Position numbers and translations under genes: made by a program
In this document: one piece after another, positions 10,680-19,486 of the stretch
Layout of the letters: each line of letters opens with the position of its first letter
Numbering within the stretch: position 1 is the stretch's first letter
Notes under the pieces: model-generated
What the model was told of the DNA's origin: nothing
The model's input: the letters and a program-made list of their open reading frames with translations, nothing else
The model's database searches: none
DNA from: Vibrio vulnificus CMCP6
GTDB taxonomy: Bacteria > Pseudomonadota > Gammaproteobacteria > Enterobacterales > Vibrionaceae
NCBI RefSeq assembly: GCF_000039765.1
Contig: NC_004459.3
Location: 720,001 to 752,000 of the forward strand
Length of the DNA: 32,000 nucleotides
Reading direction: 5' to 3'

Positions 10680-12391
10680 AACTCAGGCCCCAAAGTGAAG
10701 TGCAAACGGAACTCATCCCCCGGCTTGGCGTCCAGCCCCCATGCGAAGTCGATGCGAATTGGGCCAACTGGCGAAGCCCAGCGAATGCCAAGCCCCGTCC
10801 CTGTTTTCCAATCAGGCGCATCATTAAAGGCATCACCATAATCAACAAAGGCAGCCGCCCACCAGTTACCATATAAGCGATACTGGTACTCTAGCGTACT
10901 GGTCGCAATGTACTGCGCCCCGGTTAAGGCACCACTGCTGTCTTTGGGTGAAATGGATTCGTAACCATAACCACGTAGGTTATTGTCACCACCGGCGAAG
11001 AAACGCAGCGAGGGCGAGAGCTTTTCAAATTCCTCGGTGAGATTGGCCCCCGCTTCAAGCCGTGCAAGACCACGATGATTCTCACCTAGGCTGCGAATCC
11101 AGGTGGTTCGGCCTTGCACGCGCAGCACTCGCGTTTCAGACAACAAATTGTCGTCACCATACTCAAAGGTAATACTCTGTTTGTCACCCCAGCTCGGCAT
11201 GCTGCCACCACGCACGCGACTGCGAGAAAAAGAGACGCCGGGCAAAACAAACTGTGCGACGTCGTCTTGCAAACCTTGTTCATAGTTTTCAATCAAATAA
11301 CGAACAAACACCGTTCTGTGCCAACGGTTGTCTAGCAACCAATGACGCTCAACGGCTAAGTTCGATTCCAAGCTTTTGGTGTCTCGGCTGTCGACGTGTT
11401 TCATCGCGTATTGAATGCGGTAGTAATCGTGCAACACATCTTCAAGCGGGATCTGATAACCCGCGGTCACGGTTTGTTCTGGTTTCGAGATCGACAAGCT
11501 GCTGTCAAAACTGTGGCCAAGTTCATTCACCCACGGTTTTTTCCATTTCAACGTACCGCGAAATTCAACGTCGGTGGCGTAACCAATACCCGTTTCAATC
11601 TGGTTTTTTGCTTGCGGAGCCAAGCTGACTTTCATCGGCAACTCGCGGGTATCATCAAGGGATGACAAATCAGGTTCGACGAATACCGATGAGAACCAAT
11701 CGGTGTTAGAGAGGTTTTGATTGTACTCCCCCACTTTGGCGACCAAATAGGGATCACCGGCTTTAAACGGTTGCAAGGAGCGCACTCGGTTTTCTTCAAT
11801 TTGACTGCCCGTAATGGTCGTTTGACCAAAGTGGTAACGCATCCCACTGTCGTAATGGAGGCGCACAAACGCTTGATTGAGATCGGCTGCGACCTCTAAA
11901 CGCGTTTCGATAAAATCGCCTTTAAAATAGCCTTTTTGCAGTGCGAGGTTACGTATTGAGGATTTGAGCGTGTCGTAGTCGCCATGATTTAAAATCGCCC
12001 CCTGTTTAAGCGGCGATTTTTCTAACAGTTGCAGGAAATCTTTGTCATTCGAGGCTTCCCCCTCAATGCGCACATCAAAGGTCTCAACTCTCACCGGTTC
12101 GCCCAGGGTGATATGGGCCGTCAGTTCTTCCTGATCGTCGCTGATTTGATAGTCAATCTGGGCATGATAGTAACCCAATGCGTTCAACGCGCCATTAATG
12201 ATGCCATCAAGACGAGATTGAAAACGCAACGAGGTGGAATAATCCTTTTCATCAATCGAGGTAAGGTGCGCCTCGATATTTTCCTCCACAGCACCGCTCA
12301 CCCCTTCCAAAGAGAGAGAAACTTGAGGTGCCGCAACAAGATTGCTGGCAAAAAGCGAGCTGACTAATAGTGGTAATACTTTTTTTATCAT
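10676..12391 (-). CDS. tamA: Autotransporter assembly factor TamA (Omp85 family)
   Basis: 571-aa ORF with POTRA-like N-terminus and Omp85 barrel end (RFFAGGDNNLRGYGYESISPKD..., GLGIRWASPVGPIRIDFAWGL...FRLHFTLGPEL). Confidence 0.94.
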   Translation of the reverse strand: MIKKVLPLLVSSLFASNLVAAPQVSLSLEGVSGAVEENIEAHLTSIDEKDYSTSLRFQSRLDGIINGALNALGYYHAQIDYQISDDQEELTAHITLGEPVRVETFDVRIEGEASNDKDFLQLLEKSPLKQGAILNHGDYDTLKSSIRNLALQKGYFKGDFIETRLEVAADLNQAFVRLHYDSGMRYHFGQTTITGSQIEENRVRSLQPFKAGDPYLVAKVGEYNQNLSNTDWFSSVFVEPDLSSLDDTRELPMKVSLAPQAKNQIETGIGYATDVEFRGTLKWKKPWVNELGHSFDSSLSISKPEQTVTAGYQIPLEDVLHDYYRIQYAMKHVDSRDTKSLESNLAVERHWLLDNRWHRTVFVRYLIENYEQGLQDDVAQFVLPGVSFSRSRVRGGSMPSWGDKQSITFEYGDDNLLSETRVLRVQGRTTWIRSLGENHRGLARLEAGANLTEEFEKLSPSLRFFAGGDNNLRGYGYESISPKDSSGALTGAQYIATSTLEYQYRLYGNWWAAAFVDYGDAFNDAPDWKTGTGLGIRWASPVGPIRIDFAWGLDAKPGDEFRLHFTLGPEL

Positions 12392-12622
12392 GCTTTAGTA
12401 CGTACAAAACAACGTCGGCTGACATCGAGGCTTTGCGGATATGAATGTGGTGTAGAATCGACACAACTCATAAGCAGACAAGTTGCGTTAAGCTGACGGT
12501 CTAAACTATCCTGCATCACCAGCTGAGACTGAGCTTGCAAGATAGCACCCGACCTACAAAGGGACAACCAGATTCCGTTTTTTGTTCGGAGTCATATCAC
12601 AGATGAATATAAGGGAAGAGAG

Positions 12623-13252
12623 ATGCTCAACAAACAAATCATGGTCGATGCCGATAACGCGCTAGCGGGCCGCCAAGAAGCAATGGCCGTAGAGCCTATT
12701 CATTTTGTCAACGGCAGTGATATCACTGCCTCTGCCACACAAGGACAACAAGAAATACTGTTCGGCATGGGCTGTTTTTGGGGGGCAGAACGCTTGTTTT
12801 GGCAACTCGATGGGGTGGTTTCAACGTCGGTTGGATACAGTGGTGGCTTTACGCTCAATCCCACCTACCAAGAAGTGTGCAGTGGTCAAACGGGCCATAC
12901 GGAAGTGGTGCGCGTGATCTTTGACCCGCAAGTATTGCCACTTGAGCAACTGCTGGAAAAATTTTGGGAACGTCACGATCCCACTCAAGGCATGCGCCAA
13001 GGCAACGATCTTGGCACGCAATATCGCTCTGCCATTTACACTTTCAGTGATCAACAGCTCGATATCGCCCTTGCTTCTCAGCAAGCCTATCAAGCGGCAT
13101 TGGCAAATCAACAACACAACACCATCACCACCGAGATCCGCCCCGCTGGACCTTATTTCTACGCAGAAACTTACCACCAGCAATATTTGGCCAAAAATCC
13201 AGAAGGCTATTGTGGTCTAGGCGGCACCGGTGTGTGCTTCCCGCCAGCCTAG
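12623..13252 (+). CDS. msrA: Peptide-methionine (S)-S-oxide reductase
   Basis: 209-aa ORF with GMGCFWGAERLFWQLDGVVSTSVGYSGG catalytic motif. Confidence 0.95.
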   Translation: MLNKQIMVDADNALAGRQEAMAVEPIHFVNGSDITASATQGQQEILFGMGCFWGAERLFWQLDGVVSTSVGYSGGFTLNPTYQEVCSGQTGHTEVVRVIFDPQVLPLEQLLEKFWERHDPTQGMRQGNDLGTQYRSAIYTFSDQQLDIALASQQAYQAALANQQHNTITTEIRPAGPYFYAETYHQQYLAKNPEGYCGLGGTGVCFPPA

Positions 13253-13263
13253 TGTCAGCATCA

Positions 13264-13289
13264 AAGCGATCACCTCAGCGTGATCGCTT
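13264..13289. terminator. Short inverted repeat in msrA/ytfK-like convergent intergenic space, possible terminator
   Basis: aagcgatca ...tgatcgctt, 9-bp stem; no clear T tract. Confidence 0.4.
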
Positions 13290-13356
13290 GCTTGAGATCG
13301 CGAAGTGTCATTGCCCGCCAAGGTGCTAGGTGTTTTAGCTTCACGTTGAATGTAGA

Positions 13357-13572
13357 CTACGCGGCAGCCAAAGACAGAGCGTTGATCTCTGCGTTGACTT
13401 CACGATAGACAGACAATTTTTGTGTATTGTGAGTATCAGGCAACAGCACTTTGCCGTTGTCGAATTCAAACTCCCCAATGCCATTGATGGAAAAAGAACC
13501 TTTGAAAAGGGTTTTAACAAATCGAGCCACTTGACGTGGACGATAGACAGCAAACTCGCGCAACATAAGCAA
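13357..13572 (-). CDS. ytfK: DUF1107 family protein, YtfK-like
   Basis: 71-aa ORF: REFAVYRPRQVARFVKTLFKGSFSINGIGEFEFDNGKVLLP, similar in layout to E. coli YtfK and divergent from msrA neighbourhood as in E. coli. Confidence 0.8.
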   Translation of the reverse strand: MLMLREFAVYRPRQVARFVKTLFKGSFSINGIGEFEFDNGKVLLPDTHNTQKLSVYREVNAEINALSLAAA

Positions 13573-13898
13573 ACCTCAACTTCCGTATCAGTTAATGTGA
13601 CGGGCAAAGAGCACGTCACCCATGCCTTTTGGCATTCCTTGTTTAGCTCACTCTAAGGCGAGATCCTCTCACCTCAGCTTGGCCATTTTATTTGTCGTTG
13701 ACTCATTAGCGTTCACTAATGAATGAAAAAAGCATACCTCAGAGTGATGGAGAGTTAAACTCATTAACGCCATTTTTGTTAAAAAAATGTTATTTACAAC
13801 CAGATATTTTTGCCAACAGCGTATTATACTCAGCCAGCACAAGATAAAATGCACTCTGCTCTTAATGAACGGAGTTTCAGATACATAAGGATAAATCG

Positions 13899-14450
13899 AT
13901 GAAACGAAAGACTCTCCTCACTCTGGCACTGCTTAGTGCTTCTTTTGGTGCAGCAGCACACAACCTCTCTCTAGGCAACCCAGTCCCTAGCGTCAGTGTG
14001 GCCTCGTATGGCGAAATTGTGCTGCAAGGAAAAGGCACCGCCTTTCAACCTTGGGCTTCTTCACAAATGCTCGGTAAAGTTCGCGTGATTCAAGCTATTG
14101 CGGGTCGCAGCAGCTCAAAAGAGATGAATGCGCCGCTGATGCAAGCCATTACTGCCGCACAGTTTTCAGCGGATCATTACCAAACCACCACCATCATCAA
14201 TCAAGATGACGCGATTTGGGGCACGGGATCGTTTGTCAAATCTTCAGCGCAAGACAGCAAGAAAGAGTTCCCTTGGTCATCAATGGTGTTAGACGAAAAT
14301 GGCGTGGTGGCCAGCAGTTGGCAACTGGATAAAGAGAGCTCTGCGATCATCGTACAAGACAAGCAAGGCAAAGTGCTGTTTGTCAAAGAAGGGGCACTTT
14401 CAAGCGATGACATCACTCAAGTCCTTGAGTTAATCAAAGCTAACATTTAA
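13899..14450 (+). CDS. ytfJ: YtfJ family periplasmic protein
   Basis: 183-aa ORF with signal peptide; HNLSLGNPVPSVSVASYGEIVL...KVRVIQAIAGRSSSKEMNAPLMQAI. Confidence 0.87.
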   Translation: MKRKTLLTLALLSASFGAAAHNLSLGNPVPSVSVASYGEIVLQGKGTAFQPWASSQMLGKVRVIQAIAGRSSSKEMNAPLMQAITAAQFSADHYQTTTIINQDDAIWGTGSFVKSSAQDSKKEFPWSSMVLDENGVVASSWQLDKESSAIIVQDKQGKVLFVKEGALSSDDITQVLELIKANI

Positions 14451-14466
14451 TTGCTTTTCTTCATCA

Positions 14467-14506
14467 ATAAAACCCATACACTCCATCGGTATGGGTTTTA
14501 TTTTTT
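14467..14506 (+). terminator. Rho-independent terminator after ytfJ-like gene
   Basis: aataaaacccatac-actccatcg-gtatgggttttattttttg. Confidence 0.8.
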
Positions 14507-14549
14507 GTACGCTTTTTGACAAAAAGAGTGAACTTTGCGGCTGAATAGC

Positions 14550-14564
14550 TGTTATATTGTAACA
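14550..14564. promoter_or_regulatory. Putative Zur-binding site upstream of zinc-uptake operon
   Basis: tgttatattgtaaca, near-perfect 15-bp palindrome resembling the gammaproteobacterial Zur box (GTTATA..TATAAC), located 24 nt ahead of the DUF2607-type ORF. Confidence 0.7.
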
Positions 14565-14587
14565 CTTTCAAATGTCTCAATCGGTTT

Positions 14588-14881
14588 ATGCAACACAATC
14601 TTAGCCTCCCTTTCATGACTTTGCGCCACACTGCGATCTTTGCGGTGGTACTCAGCGTGTTTTTGAGCTTTGCCAGCATTGCCCATGACTTTGACTTTAA
14701 TGCCGAGCACCACAACAGCCATCACTGCCAACTGTTTGCCAATGCCCATCATGGTGTTAACCAAGCAGCAATTAGCGTCCCCGTTTTGGTGCCCGAATAC
14801 GCACAACCGCAACCCGTTACAGCAATTGCACCTTATCAACCAACCAGGGCCTATTTGGCGCGTTCTCCTCCCTTCAACTAA
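14588..14881 (+). CDS. DUF2607-type small secreted/membrane protein, first gene of zinc operon
   Basis: 97-aa ORF with hydrophobic signal and HDFDFNAEHHNSHHCQLFANAHHG His/Cys cluster; co-directional with downstream zinc genes. Confidence 0.7.
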   Translation: MQHNLSLPFMTLRHTAIFAVVLSVFLSFASIAHDFDFNAEHHNSHHCQLFANAHHGVNQAAISVPVLVPEYAQPQPVTAIAPYQPTRAYLARSPPFN

Positions 14882-14926
14882 ATAAGTCTATAAGTATTTC
14901 AATTTAGTTTATTAAGGATTAGAACC

Positions 14927-15580
14927 ATGCTACGCAAAACTTCTCTCGCCATTTTGGTTGGGCTTTCTTTTTCCGCTCTCGCGTCTGCGCAAGAGGGCTT
15001 TCGTCAACACGATGCTCACGTACACGGTCAGGTCGAATTTAATATCGCCCAAGACGGCCATGATCTTCTGCTCGAAATCACCGCTCCGGGGGCCGATGTC
15101 GTCGGTTTTGAACACGCTCCAGAAAACACAGAGCAAGAAAATCAACTTAAGGCCGCAGTGGAAAAACTCTCTCAAGCCGACTTGATGGTTCAAATCAATG
15201 AAGCCGCCAAATGCACGATTGAGAATGTATCGGTAACACACACCTTAGGCGGTGAAGAGCACGATGACCATGAGCATCATGATGACCACAAACACCATGA
15301 TGACCACAAACACCATGATGACCACGAACACCATGACGACCACGAACACCATGATGACCACAAACACCATGATGACCACGGACATGAGCACGATGGTCAT
15401 GGGGCTTTTACCGTCGAGTACCAATATCACTGTGACAATGTGGCAGCGTTGAATGCACTTGAAACCGATTGGTTTAAACAATTCCCTGCGACTCAAGCTA
15501 TTCAGGCCAATGTTCTAACGGACAAAGTACAAAGTGCCCTTGCCTTGTCACCAGCACACAACACAGTCTCATTGAAATAA
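14927..15580 (+). CDS. DUF2796 His-rich periplasmic zinc-binding protein (Zrg-type zinc uptake system)
   Basis: 217-aa ORF; signal peptide, HDAHVHGQVEFNIAQDGHDLLLEITAPGADVVGFEH and long HDDHKH repeat region. Confidence 0.87.
   Translation: MLRKTSLAILVGLSFSALASAQEGFRQHDAHVHGQVEFNIAQDGHDLLLEITAPGADVVGFEHAPENTEQENQLKAAVEKLSQADLMVQINEAAKCTIENVSVTHTLGGEEHDDHEHHDDHKHHDDHKHHDDHEHHDDHEHHDDHKHHDDHGHEHDGHGAFTVEYQYHCDNVAALNALETDWFKQFPATQAIQANVLTDKVQSALALSPAHNTVSLK
15260..15385 (+). repeat. Seven tandem 18-bp units encoding HDDH(K/E/G)H within DUF2796 protein
   Basis: Units such as catgatgaccacaaacac repeated in frame from 15260 to 15385, with small substitutions. Confidence 0.93.
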
Positions 15581-15646
15581 CGGCCAAGCTCAGCAGGTAA
15601 GTGGTTACTTACCTGCTATTCTTCTCCACTCAATAGGGTAAATGTT

Positions 15647-16351
15647 ATGGTGAACACTTCGCCTGCCGTCATTGAACTACAGCAAGTCTCTTTTACGTGG
15701 AAAGAGGCTACCCAGCCTATCCTGCAGATACCGCATTTTTCCGTTGCTCGCGGTGAGCATGTTTTTATTAAAGGCCCTAGTGGTTGTGGCAAGTCCACAC
15801 TGCTGAGTCTATTAACCGGCATCAACCAAGTACAATCTGGTCAACTCACGATTCTCGGTACAGAACTGGCCGCACTGTCTCCCAGTCAACGAGATAAGTT
15901 TCGCGCCGACAATATCGGTTATATCTTCCAGCAATTTAATCTATTGCCATATCTCAATGTATTGGAGAACGTTTTGCTGCCTTGCCAGTTCTCTCGCACA
16001 CGCGCAACCCATGTGGAAGGCGATGCCCGAGCGAAAGCGGCGCAGTTGCTTACTCGCCTCCATTTACCGCAATCGCTGCATCTCAAATCGGTCAGTGAAC
16101 TGAGTATCGGGCAACAACAACGCGTTGCGGCGGCACGTGCGTTAATCGGTGCACCGGCTCTAGTGATTGCAGATGAACCAACGTCAGCACTGGATTTCGA
16201 CAATCGCAGCGCCTTTATCGAACTGTTGATGGAACAAGCCAACGCTGCCAATGCCACCTTGGTGTTTGTCAGTCACGATCCCACCTTGGAACGTCTTTTT
16301 GACCGTACAGTGGATCTACGTCAACTCAACCAAGCAGGAGAAGCCTCATGA
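15647..16351 (+). CDS. ABC transporter ATP-binding protein (zinc operon, LolD/MacB-like)
   Basis: Walker A GPSGCGKST, signature LSIGQQQRVAAARALIGAPALVIADEPTSALD, in operon with permease. Confidence 0.92.
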   Translation: MVNTSPAVIELQQVSFTWKEATQPILQIPHFSVARGEHVFIKGPSGCGKSTLLSLLTGINQVQSGQLTILGTELAALSPSQRDKFRADNIGYIFQQFNLLPYLNVLENVLLPCQFSRTRATHVEGDARAKAAQLLTRLHLPQSLHLKSVSELSIGQQQRVAAARALIGAPALVIADEPTSALDFDNRSAFIELLMEQANAANATLVFVSHDPTLERLFDRTVDLRQLNQAGEAS

Positions 16352-17607
16352 GCGCAACGATGACCTTAGCTTGGAAAAGCTTACGGAATCGCAAAGCCAC
16401 CGCCTTTTTGACCGTGCTAACGGTGGCGATCTCGGTCATTCTGCTGTTGGGGGTCGAGAAAATTCGCACGCAAGCCAAAGAGAGTTTTGCCAATACCATT
16501 TCAGGTACCGATCTCATCGTCGGCGGACGTTCTGGCCAAGTAAACCTCTTACTGTATTCGGTATTTCGCATCGGCAATGCCACCAACAATATTGACTGGA
16601 AGAGCTATCAAGATTTTGCCAACCATCGTGCTGTAGCGTGGGCTATCCCGATCTCATTGGGCGATTCTCATAAAGGCTTTCGCGTGATGGGGACCAACCA
16701 CAGCTACTTTGAACATTTCAAATACGGCAGTAAGCAACCACTCACGTTTTCTCAGGGCAAACCGTTCAATGGCTTGTTTGAGACGGTACTCGGTGCCGAT
16801 GTGGCGAAACAACTGGGCTATCAGATCGGCAGTGAAATCATCATTGCTCACGGCATCAGTGACGTCGGTTTTAGCCGCCATGACAATTTGCCATTTAAAG
16901 TGGTCGGCATCCTAGCGCCAACAGGCACCCCCGTCGACAAAACGGTGCACGTTTCACTTGAAGCCATTGAAGCGATCCATGTCGGTTGGGAATCGGGCGC
17001 TCGACTCGGCCCTTCCCCCGATGCCACTCAATTGGAACAAAAACAATTTCAGCCCAAACAGATCACCGCGATGATGCTCGGGTTGAAATCGCGCATCCAA
17101 ACCTTCGCACTGCAACGTGAAATCAACACCTACAATCAAGAGCCGCTCAGCGCCATCATGCCTGGCGTGGCGCTGCATGAGCTATGGGGCATGATGTCTG
17201 TCGCCGAACAAGCCTTAATGGCCGTTTCGGTATTCGTTGTCATTGCCGGGTTGCTTGGCATGCTCAGCAGCTTGCTCACCAGCTTACAAGAGCGTCGCCG
17301 TGAGATGGCCATCCTACGCGCAATGGGAGCAAGGCCTCGTCATGTTTTCACGCTATTGATAAGCGAAGCCAGCTTACTGACACTGGCAGGTATCGTCACT
17401 GGAGTGGCGGGGGTGTACGGATTACTGTCGATTGCGCAGCCAATCATTCAACAACAATACGGCATTAACATCACTATGACGGCGATTTCTCCTCATGAAT
17501 GGATGTTACTCGCCTTCGTTCAAACTGCAGGCATCCTCATCGGTTTTATCCCTGCAATCAGAGCTTATAAACAATCACTCAGTGATGGAATGACCATAAG
17601 GATTTAA
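16348..17607 (+). CDS. ABC transporter permease, FtsX/MacB-like
   Basis: 419-aa ORF starting inside the ATPase stop; C-terminal FtsX-like domain LLTSLQERRREMAILRAMGARPRHVFTLLISEA. Confidence 0.9.
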   Translation: MSATMTLAWKSLRNRKATAFLTVLTVAISVILLLGVEKIRTQAKESFANTISGTDLIVGGRSGQVNLLLYSVFRIGNATNNIDWKSYQDFANHRAVAWAIPISLGDSHKGFRVMGTNHSYFEHFKYGSKQPLTFSQGKPFNGLFETVLGADVAKQLGYQIGSEIIIAHGISDVGFSRHDNLPFKVVGILAPTGTPVDKTVHVSLEAIEAIHVGWESGARLGPSPDATQLEQKQFQPKQITAMMLGLKSRIQTFALQREINTYNQEPLSAIMPGVALHELWGMMSVAEQALMAVSVFVVIAGLLGMLSSLLTSLQERRREMAILRAMGARPRHVFTLLISEASLLTLAGIVTGVAGVYGLLSIAQPIIQQQYGINITMTAISPHEWMLLAFVQTAGILIGFIPAIRAYKQSLSDGMTIRI

Positions 17608-17611
17608 CGTC

Positions 17612-18109
17612 ATGAAACGTAGACTCACTCTGTTTTTAACGCTGATTTTTGCCGCTTGGCTGCCTGTGCAAGCCATCGCGCAACAAGTCACCACTTTAGA
17701 TTGGATCGATTTGGTCCCCGAGCAAGAGCGTAAAATGTTCGACAGTGTCGGAATGCCCGCCGCCGATCACTCCGGTACGGCCGCCGCCCAATCCAAAGTT
17801 GGCGGTGTTCGCCCTGAACTCAACAACAAAAAAGTTAAGATCCCAGGCTTTGTGATTCCGCTTGAAGGGGATGCCAACAAAGTAACAGAGTTTCTGTTGG
17901 TGCCGTACTTTGGTGCGTGTATTCACGTACCACCACCACCACCAAACCAAATTATTTATGTGAAGTTTCCAAAAGGCGCTCCCGTTCAGGAGCTGTGGGA
18001 TGTGATTTATCTGGTGGGTACCTTAAAAACCGAAACCGTCAGCCATGAATTGGCAGAAACGGCTTATGTGATCGAAGGTGATGCCATTGAGCCTTATGAC
18101 GACATGTAA
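17612..18109 (+). CDS. DUF3299 domain periplasmic protein, last gene of zinc operon
   Basis: 165-aa ORF with signal peptide; LDWIDLVPEQERKMF...NNKKVKIPGFVIPLEGDANKVTEFLLVPYFGACIHVPPPPPNQIIYVKF. Confidence 0.87.
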   Translation: MKRRLTLFLTLIFAAWLPVQAIAQQVTTLDWIDLVPEQERKMFDSVGMPAADHSGTAAAQSKVGGVRPELNNKKVKIPGFVIPLEGDANKVTEFLLVPYFGACIHVPPPPPNQIIYVKFPKGAPVQELWDVIYLVGTLKTETVSHELAETAYVIEGDAIEPYDDM

Positions 18110-18148
18110 TCACGATTAACATTTACACAACCTGTCAATCGTTCTCTC

Positions 18149-18253
18149 TCAAGCAATGAATTTAGATAAATAAATTAACGTTGCTAGGTAAGCCACCAAG
18201 AGTAGCGCGATTGATAGGTGCTTTTTCAGCTTATTCTCTCCGAAGTACTTCAT
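18149..18253 (-). CDS. Putative 34-aa small membrane protein, not in ORF track
   Basis: Reverse complement encodes MKYFGENKLKKHLSIALLLVAYLATLIYLSKFIA*, preceded by GAGGGAAct (Shine-Dalgarno-like); one hydrophobic helix after a basic N-terminus. Confidence 0.55.
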   Translation of the reverse strand: MKYFGENKLKKHLSIALLLVAYLATLIYLSKFIA

Positions 18254-18457
18254 AGTTCCCTCACAAAACACCGCAACAATTTTAACAACTTATTATCATT
18301 TGGCATAGTCTATTGCACAGTTAATTTGCGATTTTCTCCGCGAACAGGACAATATCTCGCCATGATCCAGCAGAGTGTGAGGCGTGAATCTTGCAGTCTG
18401 CTTCTGATTGCAGGTACATTGAGAGCTTAGCCAGCGAAAAGATGAAAGGAAAACCCC

Positions 18458-19360
18458 ATGGCGGATAGCAGACCTCCCGTCGTCATTGACGTGGAACCCG
18501 AAACCAAAAGCGGCGGTTATCAGGAGAAAAAGTCCAGCTATATCAAAGACAGCGCGAGCCGAATCCAAACCATAGCGCAAACCTATGGCCTCGATGCGCT
18601 GTTGCAAAAAGATCCGCCAGCCAAAAATGCTCTAGAGCGGGCCGTGTTTCGTGAAGAGCAACGCAAAGAACAGCGACAAAAAAACCTAGAGCAGATCCTC
18701 AAGCTGGCGCATGTATCATGCAAAGATGAAACGGCTGGTGAGCCAGACCAGGATTGGCTCTACCGCTTCTTCGACATGGCGCAAGAGATCCACAACAGTG
18801 CCATGCAAAAATTGTGGGCACAGGTGCTTAAACGCGAAGTAACCAATCCGGGTTCAACCTCAATGAAAGCGCTGAAAGTGCTACAAGACATGACGCCAAA
18901 GGAAGCGCACATACTGCAACGTGCCGCCTCGCTTGCCTGCAGCTTTGGCGGTGACGCCAGCCGTAAATTACTCATTGGCTTTCGTGCGCAAGGCGGACTG
19001 TTCAGCTTTGGTAAGCGCGATACCACCAGCAACATTAATATTGGCAGCTTCCAACTTCCTTTCTCCAGTCTACTGGTTTTGATTGAGTTAGGGTTGCTGC
19101 ACGGAACTGAGCTTGAGTCGGGTGAAATTGAACAGCAAACGCCGCTCATGCTCACTTATCAAGGCAAAAATTTGCAGTTGAATGCCACATCCAAAGGAGT
19201 GCGTTTGCTTTATTACCGTTTTACTCCAACGGGGAATGAATTGTGTAAATTGCTTGGCAACAAACCGAATAACTCGTATTACGATCAACTGGTTGCGCTA
19301 CTCAATCAAAAATTTACCGTACAAAGTGACGCGCAAAGCAGCATCCATCACACCGTGTAA
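18458..19360 (+). CDS. TIGR03899 family conserved hypothetical protein
   Basis: 300-aa ORF; ASRIQTIAQTYGLDALLQKDPPAKNALERAVFREEQRKEQRQKNLEQIL...; long single ORF with SD-like aagatgaaagga upstream. Confidence 0.75.
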   Translation: MADSRPPVVIDVEPETKSGGYQEKKSSYIKDSASRIQTIAQTYGLDALLQKDPPAKNALERAVFREEQRKEQRQKNLEQILKLAHVSCKDETAGEPDQDWLYRFFDMAQEIHNSAMQKLWAQVLKREVTNPGSTSMKALKVLQDMTPKEAHILQRAASLACSFGGDASRKLLIGFRAQGGLFSFGKRDTTSNINIGSFQLPFSSLLVLIELGLLHGTELESGEIEQQTPLMLTYQGKNLQLNATSKGVRLLYYRFTPTGNELCKLLGNKPNNSYYDQLVALLNQKFTVQSDAQSSIHHTV

Positions 19361-19425
19361 AACCGACGCGAAAATTGCCAGTACGGCAATAACGTCAAGC
19401 TATCCACATAAAATGAATCACAATA

Positions 19426-19460
19426 AAAAAGTGAGTCTCGCGCTGCGACACTCACTTCTT
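19426..19460 (-). terminator. Terminator at end of cys operon
   Basis: On minus strand: aagtgagt-gtcgcagcgcgag-actcacttttttattg, stem followed by T tract downstream of cysC. Confidence 0.7.
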
Positions 19461-19486
19461 GTCATACAAAAATTCAGTTAACAGTA

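Noticed and set aside
11086-12367. Plus-strand ORFs antisense to tamA (11254..11628, 11396..11665, 12029..12367)
   Set aside because: Shadow ORFs opposite a well-supported Omp85-family gene.
14552-14839. 95-aa minus-strand ORF
   Set aside because: Opposite the DUF2607-type gene, which has a signal sequence, matching strand with its operon and a Zur-like site.
15260-15385. Tandem direct repeats considered as a possible CRISPR or satellite
   Set aside because: Units are contiguous 18-mers without spacers and stay in frame inside a conserved coding gene.
15245-15496. Minus-strand ORF rich in Val/Met/Ile (MVVIMVFVVIMV...)
   Set aside because: It is the antisense translation of the His/Asp codon repeats in the DUF2796 gene; no independent support.
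18296-18607. 103-aa minus-strand ORF overlapping the start of the TIGR03899-type gene
   Set aside because: Overlaps a better supported coding region and shows no convincing Shine-Dalgarno or family features.
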